Shown piece after piece: positions 17,791-25,303 of a stretch of DNA of 32,000 nt. This DNA comes from an uncultured Verrucomicrobiota bacterium (GTDB taxonomy: Bacteria > Verrucomicrobiota > Kiritimatiellia > CAIQIC01 > Lenti-01). Position 1 is the first letter of the stretch, and every line of letters begins with the position of its first letter. Under the pieces are notes generated by a model, which was not told where the DNA came from, made no database searches, and saw only the letters and a program-made list of their open reading frames with translations. The stretch lies in NCBI GenBank assembly GCA_937860055.1, contig CALMBO010000009.1:54414-86413 (forward strand), read 5' to 3'. The position numbers and the translations under genes were made by a program.

Positions 17791-18587
17791 GGCCGTGCTC
17801 CTTTGATGGCCTCGATGGTGGCGGAGCGGACGAACTTTTCCGCGCCGCTTCCCGGGAACCAATCCTTGATGAAGATTTTGCTTTGCTCGTTCACGCGGAT
17901 GAGGATTCCGGAAAAGCCGGCGGCTCTGAGCATGCGCTTCGTTTGGGAAACGGTGGCGGATCCGGCAATGCAGCCGCTATGGGCCTGGAGGTTCCGTTTT
18001 ACCTTGGCCGGGATGGAGGCGACGGCCACGACATCGGAAATGGCCAGGCGCCCCCCCGCTTTCAGGATCCGGAAGGCTTCGGCGAAGACCTGCGGCTTGT
18101 CGGGCGACAGGTTGATGACACAGTTGGAGAGGATAACGTCCGCCGTCGCGTCCGCGACGGGCAGGTGCTCGATTTCGCCGAGGCGGAAATCCACGTTCCG
18201 GACCTTGCCCCTCACCGCGTTTTCGCGCGCCTTGTGGACCATTTCGGGTGTCATGTCCACGCCGATGACATGGCCCTTCTTGCCGACGCGGCGGGCGGCG
18301 AGGAAGCAGTCGAATCCCCCTCCGCATCCGAGATCGACCACGGTTTCGCCGGGCCGGAGATCCGCGATGGCCTGCGGGTTGCCGCATCCAAGGCCCATGT
18401 TCGCCCCCCCTGGAACGGCGGCGAGTTCTTCCTGCGAATAGCCGATCTGGGCCGAAGCGTCGGGGTTGAGCAAGGCGTCGGGCTGGCAGCAACTGCTGGA
18501 ACAGCCGCACGCGCCGCCGGATTTTGCGATGCCGGCGTAGCGGTTGCGGATATGTTGGCGGACCCGGTCTTTCTGGGGGGAAGGCAT
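17787..18587 (-). CDS. arsM: Arsenite S-adenosylmethionine methyltransferase
   Basis: N-terminal [73 protein letters not shown]; conserved ArsM cysteines and SAM-binding motif. Confidence 0.95.
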   Translation of the reverse strand: MPSPQKDRVRQHIRNRYAGIAKSGGACGCSSSCCQPDALLNPDASAQIGYSQEELAAVPGGANMGLGCGNPQAIADLRPGETVVDLGCGGGFDCFLAARRVGKKGHVIGVDMTPEMVHKARENAVRGKVRNVDFRLGEIEHLPVADATADVILSNCVINLSPDKPQVFAEAFRILKAGGRLAISDVVAVASIPAKVKRNLQAHSGCIAGSATVSQTKRMLRAAGFSGILIRVNEQSKIFIKDWFPGSGAEKFVRSATIEAIKGARP

Positions 18588-18590
18588 GAT

Positions 18591-19036
<446 letters not shown>

Positions 19037-19040
<4 letters not shown>

Positions 19041-19609
19041 TTGAACTCGAACCCCAGTTCCTTCCATTTCGCGAGGATGTCTTCCTTCGGGAAGAATCCT
19101 TCATGGCGGAAGAGCTCCTTGCCTTCGGCGTCGAAGAATATCTGCAGGGGAATCACGCGGACGCTGTATGTCTCGCCCGCGCTTTCCTCTTTCCAGACGT
19201 CGATGAAATCCACCTGGAGTTGGCCGGAGTAGGCGGCGCGGAGTTCATCGAGGATGGGCGCCATCATCTTGCACGGAATGCATTTGTCCGCTCCCAGCTC
19301 GAGGAGGCGCGGAAGGGCGGACGGCTTCTCAACGCCCGGGGCGGTTGCGGCGCCTTCCCGCGCCGGAATTTGTTCAACGGCCGCCAGCCGATTCTGTTTG
19401 AGGGTGAATACGGCGGCCAAAGCCAGAAGCAAGGCGGCGAGGATCGCGCCGGTCTGCCATTTCATCTTGGTTTTTCCTTTCCGTGCTCGGAGCCATTGGG
19501 TGGCGGCATATGACGCGAAGAAGATGCCCAGCACGACGAGCAGAGAAGCGAAATCGCTGCCGCCGCCCGGCGGGCAGCAGGCGGGAAAGGATTCCAATTC
19601 GTTGGTCAT
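19037..19609 (-). CDS. Membrane-anchored thioredoxin-fold protein
   Basis: Two N-terminal hydrophobic segments (ASLLVVLGIFFASYAA; TGAILAALLLALAAVF), then a thioredoxin-like domain with active site DKCIPCKMMAPILDELRAAY and VRVIPLQIFFDAEGKELFRHEGF. Confidence 0.85.
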
Positions 19610-19622
19610 CGCGGCGCCTCGT

Positions 19623-19856
19623 TCAGGCCAGATGCTTTTGGATTTCGCCGGGGCTCAAGACCTTGCCGACGCTTTTGACTGTGCCATCCACGACGAGGGC
19701 CGGGGTGGACATGACGCCGAACTTCATGATTTCCATGATTTTTTCGACCTTTTCGATTTTTGCCTCGATCCCGGCGGTTTTTGCGGCCGCTTCGGCGTTG
19801 GCGAACAGTTGCTTGCACTTCGGGCAGCCGGTTCCGAGGATTTGAATATGTTTCAT
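19623..19856 (-). CDS. Small thioredoxin-like redox protein
   Basis: MKHIQILGTGCPKCKQLFANAEAAAKTAGIEAKIEKVEKIMEIMKFGVMSTPALVVDGTVKSVGKVLSPGEIQKHLA; CPKC active site and cis-Pro (STPA). Confidence 0.92.
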   Translation of the reverse strand: MKHIQILGTGCPKCKQLFANAEAAAKTAGIEAKIEKVEKIMEIMKFGVMSTPALVVDGTVKSVGKVLSPGEIQKHLA

Positions 19857-19871
19857 GGCATTCCTTTCTCG

Positions 19872-21251
19872 TCAGGAAACAATGGCGCCGAACATCCATC
19901 CGGACAGCGTCGCCATGACAACGACCAGGCCCACGTAGGTCAGGGTTTTCCGGGGGCCGAGGATGGAGTTGATCACCAGCATGTTGGGGAGGGAGAGGGC
20001 GGGGCCGGCGAGGAGGAGGGCGAGGGCGGGCCCTTGGCCCATGCCGCTGTCGATCAAGCCGCGCAGGATGGGGACTTCGGTCAGCGTGGCGAAGTACATC
20101 CAGGCGCCGGCGAAGGCGGCGAAGAAATTGGTCCACAGCGGCCAGAGGAAGGAAAGCCAGGCCGGCGCTTCCGTTTCGGGGCGGCCGAGGAGGGAGAGCA
20201 GGGCCTGCGGCGAGTCGCCGACGAGCGCCTGGATCCAGAGATTCGGGACGATGCCGGCATCGGCATGGTCGGGGCTGCCGAGGAAGAACCCGGCGGCGAG
20301 CACGCCCATGAACAGGAGGGGGAGGATTTGCTTGGCGAAGCCCCACGACTGGTCGCGCCAGTCCTTGAGTTCCGCCCCGCCGAAGAACGTCAGGGCCGCC
20401 AGCCCGGCGGAACCTGCCGCGAAGGCCGCCACGGGGTATTGCGGAAGAGCGATGCCCAGCGCCAGGGCGGGGGCGGCGGCCAGGAGAACATGGGCCGGCT
20501 TGACCTGGAAGAACCGCCACAGACAGACGCCCATCAGGGCGGCGAACAGCGAGGTGAGGATCCATTTGGCCTGGAAGATTGCAAACCAAATGCCGGAGGT
20601 TTCCTGCGGTCTGGCCCAGTTGGCGAAGACGAGAATGCCGACCATGGAGAGAAAGTAGAGCGCGACTTGCCAGAGCGGGCGATCGTCCTTCTCGTCGTCG
20701 CCGAGGAACACTTCCTGGGGGTTGGCGGCCTTGGCTCGTTCCTCCTTCAGGAAAATCAAATGCATGAGCAGGCCGATGACGACGCTGAAGGCGATGGCGC
20801 CCGCGGCGCGGGCGGCGCCGAGCGGGAATCCCAGCACGCGGGCGGTCAGCACGATGGCCAGCACGTTGATGGCCGGGCCGGAATAGAGGAAAGCGATGGC
20901 GGGGCCGAGGCCCGCGCCGCGGAAGTAGATGCCGCCGAAGAGGGGCAGGACGGTGCACGAGCAGACCGCCAGGATCGTGCCCGAAACGGAGGCCACGGAG
21001 TAGGAAAGCCATTTCGGCGCCTGGGGGCCGAAGTATTTCATCACCGCGTTCTGGCGGACGAAGACGCCGATGGCCCCGGCGATGAAGAACGCCGGCACAA
21101 GGCAGAGCAGCACGTGTTCCCGGGCGTACCACTTGGCGAGATGCAGGGCTTCGAGGAGCGCCCCTTGGAAGCGGAGGTGCTCCATCGGCAGGAAGTAGAG
21201 GCCGAGGAGGGCGGCCAGAAGGCCGAGGAGGATTTTCAGTTCTTTGTTCAT
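19872..21251 (-). CDS. DUF318-family permease (ArsP-like putative organoarsenical/metalloid efflux permease)
   Basis: FFIAGAIGVFVRQNAVMKYFG, SVASVSGTILAVCSCTVLPLFGGIYFRGAGLGPAIAFLYSGPAINVLAIVLTARVLG, TLTEVPILRGLIDSGMGQGPALALLLAGPALSLPNMLVI; typical permease-family motifs, including the CSCT cysteine pair. Confidence 0.88.
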   Translation of the reverse strand: MNKELKILLGLLAALLGLYFLPMEHLRFQGALLEALHLAKWYAREHVLLCLVPAFFIAGAIGVFVRQNAVMKYFGPQAPKWLSYSVASVSGTILAVCSCTVLPLFGGIYFRGAGLGPAIAFLYSGPAINVLAIVLTARVLGFPLGAARAAGAIAFSVVIGLLMHLIFLKEERAKAANPQEVFLGDDEKDDRPLWQVALYFLSMVGILVFANWARPQETSGIWFAIFQAKWILTSLFAALMGVCLWRFFQVKPAHVLLAAAPALALGIALPQYPVAAFAAGSAGLAALTFFGGAELKDWRDQSWGFAKQILPLLFMGVLAAGFFLGSPDHADAGIVPNLWIQALVGDSPQALLSLLGRPETEAPAWLSFLWPLWTNFFAAFAGAWMYFATLTEVPILRGLIDSGMGQGPALALLLAGPALSLPNMLVINSILGPRKTLTYVGLVVVMATLSGWMFGAIVS

Positions 21252-21261
21252 GGCGGCCCGG

Positions 21262-21570
21262 TCAGACGGAGCCCTCTTGGCGCTTCTTGACGGATTTCAG
21301 GGCTTCGAAGGTGCAGCCAAGCGCTTGCAGCATGCAAGGGCAGGCGAGGTGGTGGATGACCCGTTTTCCGGCGCGCCGTTCAGTGACGATTCCGACTTTC
21401 TTGAGTTTCTCCAAATGGCGGGAAATGGTCGGCTGGCTCGTCGCGGCGAGACTGCGGAGGTCGTTGACGCAGCAATCGCCGCGGCCCAACGCGTCCAGCA
21501 TGAGGACGCGGGTGGGGTGGGCGAGGGCCTTCAGGAGATCGGCGCGGGCTTTGGCTTGGGCGGTGTTCAT
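21262..21570 (-). CDS. arsR: ArsR-family metalloregulatory HTH repressor
   Basis: ADLLKALAHPTRVLMLDALGRGDCCVNDLRSLAATSQPTISRHLEKLKKVGIVTERRAGKRVIHHLACPCML; winged-HTH motif with Cys pairs. Only the last 102 aa of the 21262..23259 ORF are real. Confidence 0.95.
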   Translation of the reverse strand: MNTAQAKARADLLKALAHPTRVLMLDALGRGDCCVNDLRSLAATSQPTISRHLEKLKKVGIVTERRAGKRVIHHLACPCMLQALGCTFEALKSVKKRQEGSV

Positions 21571-21608
21571 AGATTTAAGATATACACATATGTGTATAAG
21601 TGTCAAGG
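21571..21608 (-). promoter_or_regulatory. Promoter of the ars operon with embedded ArsR-type operator
   Basis: Minus-strand TTGACA-cttatacacatatgtg-TATATC, followed by TTAAATCT and the arsR ATG. An 18-bp perfect palindrome TATACACATATGTGTATA (21581-21598) lies between and over the promoter elements. Confidence 0.7.
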
Positions 21609-21714
21609 AGGGCGGGGGACGGTTCGCGGTTGATTTGCGGAGGGGCTCTGGCAACATAGGGATGGCCCAGCGCGCGCCGGCCGGCGCGTCGCCGGTCCAC
21701 CAAGGAGCAACGAC

Positions 21715-23142
21715 ATGAAGACGCTGAAAGCCTGTCTGGTTTCCCTGTTCATTCCCCTGTGCGCGCCGGCGGCAACGATGCCGGAGGCGATGCTGATCCT
21801 GGACGCGTCGGGCAGCATGATGGGGGCGGCGGGGGGGCAGACCAAGATCGATGCGGCCAAAGCGGTGCTGGCCCAGGTGGTGCCGGCCGTCGCGCCGGAA
21901 GTGAAGATCGGCCTGGCCGCCTATGGCCACCGCCGGCCGAACGATTGCGCGGACATCGAAATTCTCGTCCCGCCCGGCAACGAAGACCGCGCCGCCGTGC
22001 TGGCCCGCATCGCCGCGATGCAGCCGCGGGGGATGACCCCCATTTCGGCGGCGGTGACGCAAGTGGCCGATCTGCTGAAAGGGCGCGACGCGGAAACCAC
22101 GATCGTGCTCGTGAGCGACGGCCAGGAGACCTGCGGCGGCGATCCGTGCGCGACGGTGAAGGCGCTGAAAGCCGCCGGCGTGAAATTCGTGATGCATGTG
22201 GTGGGATTCGACGTGACGGAGGAGGACAAGGCGCAGTTGGCGTGCATCGCGGAGGCCGGCGGCGGCAGGTATTTCGGCGCGTCGGACGCGGCGGGTTTGC
22301 TGGCGGCGATGCAGGCCGTGAACCAGGAAATCGCGCAGAAGGTGGAACAGGCCAAGACGCAGGTGGTGCAGCAGGCGACCGGCCTGGGCAAGCTGCGGAT
22401 CGCGGTTCCGGAAAGCGCCCTGCAAAGCCTGAAGGGGTTCCGCATCGTCCGCAAGAGCAGCGGCAAGGTGGTGAAGGAGGGCGAACTTCCGGCGGCGGAT
22501 TCGACGCATCCGCTGATGTCGGGCGACTACTCGCTGACGCTGCTGTTCGCGAATCCGAACTACCAGCCGCCGACGGAAATGCCGCTGGGCGATTTCACGG
22601 TGGTGAAGGGCGGCACGGCCGCGATGGAGCTGGGAGCGCTGGTCTTCAACATCGCCGAGGAGCTGAAGGAGGCCCCGGTGGAGGCGATCATCGTTTCGGA
22701 GAGCGGCGCGGACCGCGAGGTGCTGCGGATCCTGCCGCACGGGAACGACTATTATCTCTTCAAGCCCAAGGCACTGCTGCCGGGCACCTGCGATGTGTCG
22801 TTCCTCTACCGCCGCTGCGAGAAACCTTCGAAAGTCGCAGCGGGGCTCGGGGTGGCGGCGGGCCAGGAAACCGTTCTGACGCTGGATTCGGGGATCCTCG
22901 TCACGCGGCCGGGGGAAACCCGGGTGCGCGGCTGGGACCTGCTGCCGGCGGGCGGCGGCGAACCCGTGCTGTCCATCCGGCGGGGATTCGACAACGAGGA
23001 GCCGCTCTGGCGCCCGTTCCCGGTGCCGCCGGGGACGTACGACCTGATCCTGAAGGTCAGCGACATGGACGAGGACCTCCCCGCCGGAGAAGGCATCGCG
23101 ATCGAAGCGGGCAGGACGGTGCGGTTCGACACCGGCCTGTAG
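21715..23142 (+). CDS. Secreted von Willebrand factor A (VWA) domain protein
   Basis: Signal-peptide-like N-terminus MKTLKACLVSLFIPLCAPAA, then MLILDASGSMMGAAGGQTKIDAAK (MIDAS), GMTPISAAV, TTIVLVSDGQETCGGDPC. Confidence 0.9.
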   Translation: MKTLKACLVSLFIPLCAPAATMPEAMLILDASGSMMGAAGGQTKIDAAKAVLAQVVPAVAPEVKIGLAAYGHRRPNDCADIEILVPPGNEDRAAVLARIAAMQPRGMTPISAAVTQVADLLKGRDAETTIVLVSDGQETCGGDPCATVKALKAAGVKFVMHVVGFDVTEEDKAQLACIAEAGGGRYFGASDAAGLLAAMQAVNQEIAQKVEQAKTQVVQQATGLGKLRIAVPESALQSLKGFRIVRKSSGKVVKEGELPAADSTHPLMSGDYSLTLLFANPNYQPPTEMPLGDFTVVKGGTAAMELGALVFNIAEELKEAPVEAIIVSESGADREVLRILPHGNDYYLFKPKALLPGTCDVSFLYRRCEKPSKVAAGLGVAAGQETVLTLDSGILVTRPGETRVRGWDLLPAGGGEPVLSIRRGFDNEEPLWRPFPVPPGTYDLILKVSDMDEDLPAGEGIAIEAGRTVRFDTGL

Positions 23143-23166
23143 GCCGCCTTCCTGCGCCGGCGGACG

Positions 23167-23249
23167 GTTTTCCACGCCGTGGAAAAACTGCCGAAAGTTT
23201 TTCCATTGCGTGGAAAAAGGCGTGAAAGTTTTTCCATTGTGTGGAAAAG
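23167..23249. repeat. Array of three regularly spaced short palindromes (TTTTCCA-N5-TGGAAAA)
   Basis: ttttccaCGCCGtggaaaa (centre 23177), tttttccaTTGCGtggaaaaa (centre 23208), tttttccaTTGTGtggaaaa (centre 23239), all at 31-nt spacing. Confidence 0.85.
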
Positions 23250-23282
23250 TGGCCGGCAAACCAAAAAGGGCGCCCGATAGAT

Positions 23283-23462
23283 ATGAGCAAAGGAATGATC
23301 CTGGGACTGTCGATCCTGGCCGCGTTCATCATCGTGTTGATCATGACGAGGGACAGCGTGACGGTGAACGTGTTTTCGATGAAGGTGACAATGAGGGCGT
23401 CCTACGCGTTGCTGGCGGCGGCGGGGGTCGGGGTGGTGGCGGGGGCGCTGCTGCGCAAATAA
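23283..23462 (+). CDS. Small (59-aa) membrane protein of unknown function
   Basis: MSKGMILGLSILAAFIIVLIMTRDSVTVNVFSMKVTMRASYALLAAAGVGVVAGALLRK; two TM segments, loosely LapA/DUF1049-like. Confidence 0.65.
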   Translation: MSKGMILGLSILAAFIIVLIMTRDSVTVNVFSMKVTMRASYALLAAAGVGVVAGALLRK

Positions 23463-23498
23463 GGCGCATGGCGGGGGACGCCGAGGCCGGGAATCCGG

Positions 23499-23524
23499 CG
23501 GAAAACCCCGTTTTTCGGCTTTTC
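23499..23524 (+). terminator. Possible rho-independent terminator of the small membrane protein gene
   Basis: CGGAAAAC-ccc-GTTTTTCG hairpin (one G-T wobble) followed by gcttttc. Confidence 0.45.
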
Positions 23525-23589
23525 AAGAGGGGGGGCGTGGTGGACAATGCCGCGCAAATCGTTTTTCCTATAAGGAAAGGAATCAGCAG

Positions 23590-24171
23590 ATGGATATGAA
23601 GAAGATCGTTGCGGTGGCGGCGGCCCTGGGTTTCCTGGCGTCGGCCGTCGGGGCGGCGGAACTGAAAATCGCGACGGTAGACCTGGACAAGGTGTTCACG
23701 GCGCATCCCAAGACGCAGGCGGCCGAAGCGGACCTGAAGAAGGCCGAAGACGGCATCCAGGAGGAGATGGACAAGATCGTGGCCGAGGGCCGCGCCCTGG
23801 AGGAGGAAGTGGCCAAGCTGCGCGAGGCGGCCAAGAACCCCCTCCTGTCGGAGGATGCGCGCCTGAAGAAGCGCAACGAGGCCGAGGACAAGCTGACGGA
23901 ACTGCAGGAATTCCAGCTGCGCGCCCGCCGCACCCAGGAGACCAAGCTCAAGCAGATGCGCGAGCAGGTGATGAAATCCAGGCAGGGCATCGTGGACGAG
24001 CTGATGGTGGCGGTGGCCGATTTCGCGAAGGCGGAGGGTTATGATTTCGTGCTCGACCGGTCGGGCATGACGATGAACGCAGTTCCCCTGGCGGTCTATT
24101 CCAATCCCGACCTGGACGTGACGGAGAAGCTGATCGAGCGCCTGAAGGCCTCGGCGGCGGATGCGGAATAG
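23590..24171 (+). CDS. skp: Periplasmic chaperone, OmpH/Skp family
   Basis: Signal-peptide-like MDMKKIVAVAAALGFLASAVGAAELKIATVDLDKVFTAHPKTQAAE followed by a long charged coiled coil; immediately followed by lpxD. Confidence 0.85.
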   Translation: MDMKKIVAVAAALGFLASAVGAAELKIATVDLDKVFTAHPKTQAAEADLKKAEDGIQEEMDKIVAEGRALEEEVAKLREAAKNPLLSEDARLKKRNEAEDKLTELQEFQLRARRTQETKLKQMREQVMKSRQGIVDELMVAVADFAKAEGYDFVLDRSGMTMNAVPLAVYSNPDLDVTEKLIERLKASAADAE

Positions 24172-24183
24172 GCGGAGGGGACC

Positions 24184-25233
24184 GTGCCTACGTTGACGAC
24201 CGGCGAATTGGCGGCGAAGCTGGGGGCCGCGCTCGAGGGGGATTCCGGCATCGTTCTGCAGGGCGTGTCGGATCTGCGCGCGGCGGGGGCGGGCCAGGTG
24301 TCGTTCGCGGGGAATCCGAAGTACCTGCCCGAAGTGGCGGCCAGCCGCGCTTCGGCGGTGATCGTGCCGAAGGAGGCGGCGATCCCCGCGCCCCATCCCG
24401 CGCTGCTGCGCGCGGCGGATGCCGATGCGGCCTTCGCCGCGGCCTGCGCGCTCTTCGCGCCCAGGCCGGTGGTGCTGCCGCGCGGGGTGCATCCGCAGGC
24501 GCTGGTTTCGCCGCAGGCGAAGCTGGGCAGGGAAGTTTCCATCGGCGCCTTCGCGGTGGTGGAGGCCGGGGCCGTGATCGGGGACGGCACCACGCTCTAT
24601 CCGCAGACCTACGTCGGCCACGAGGCGAAGCTGGGCCGGGACTGCCTGCTCTATCCCTTCGCCAGCGTGCGCGAGAGGTGCGAGCTGGGCGACCGGGTCA
24701 TCCTGCACAACGGAGCGGTCATCGGCAGCGACGGGTTCGGCTACGCGGTGGATGCGAAGGGGGTGCGCACCAAGATCCCGCAGACGGGCATCGTGGTGCT
24801 GGAGGACGATGTCGAGATCGGCGCGAACACGACGGTGGACCGCGCGCGGTTCGGCCGGACGCGGGTGGGGAAGGGCACCAAGGTGGACAACCTGGTCATG
24901 ATCGCCCACAACTGCGTCATCGGCGAACATTCGGTGCTGTGTTCCCAGGTGGGGCTGGCGGGGACCACCACGCTGGGCAATCATGTGATCTGCGCCGGGC
25001 AGGCGGGTCTGGCCGGGCATCTGACGGTTGGCGATGGCGCCGTGGTCGGTGCGCAGGCGGGCGTCTCGAAGGATCTGCCCGGCGGCCAGATGTATCTGGG
25101 CGCGCCGGCGGTTCCGCGGCTGGAGTTTGGCCGGTCCCTTGCGCACGTGGCGGGGATTCCCAAGCTCAAGGAGCAAATCAAGGCCCTGGAGGCCCGGCTG
25201 GCCGCGCTGGAGCGCGGCGGGACCGAGGCATAG
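24184..25233 (+). CDS. lpxD: UDP-3-O-(3-hydroxyacyl)glucosamine N-acyltransferase
   Basis: GTG start; left-handed beta-helix hexapeptide repeats (IGAFAVVEAGAVIGDGTTLYPQTYVGHEAKLG), GSDGFGYAVD, KIPQTGIVVLEDDVEIGANTTVDRARFGRTRVG. Confidence 0.95.
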   Translation: MPTLTTGELAAKLGAALEGDSGIVLQGVSDLRAAGAGQVSFAGNPKYLPEVAASRASAVIVPKEAAIPAPHPALLRAADADAAFAAACALFAPRPVVLPRGVHPQALVSPQAKLGREVSIGAFAVVEAGAVIGDGTTLYPQTYVGHEAKLGRDCLLYPFASVRERCELGDRVILHNGAVIGSDGFGYAVDAKGVRTKIPQTGIVVLEDDVEIGANTTVDRARFGRTRVGKGTKVDNLVMIAHNCVIGEHSVLCSQVGLAGTTTLGNHVICAGQAGLAGHLTVGDGAVVGAQAGVSKDLPGGQMYLGAPAVPRLEFGRSLAHVAGIPKLKEQIKALEARLAALERGGTEA

Positions 25234-25303
25234 GATCAAAATCAACGACGCCCGGCGGAATGCGCGGCCGCGGGCGGACATTTCCACGCGCGAGGTGGAC
25301 GAG

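Noticed and set aside
14050-18441. 1463-aa plus-strand ORF
   Set aside because: Fully antisense to Na/Pi, ccdA, acr3 and arsM, all with clear family motifs. The translation is low-complexity (Ala/Gly/Asp/His/Gln-rich) with no recognisable domain; a typical GC-rich antisense artefact.
23167-23249. CRISPR interpretation of the 31-nt-spaced repeats
   Set aside because: Only three short palindromic units with partly conserved linkers and variable 5-nt loops; no direct repeats of 24-40 bp, no spacers of normal size and no cas genes.
21571-23259. Upstream portion of the 665-aa minus-strand ORF 21262..23259
   Set aside because: Antisense to the VWA gene. Only the final 102 codons encode ArsR, which has its own promoter and operator.
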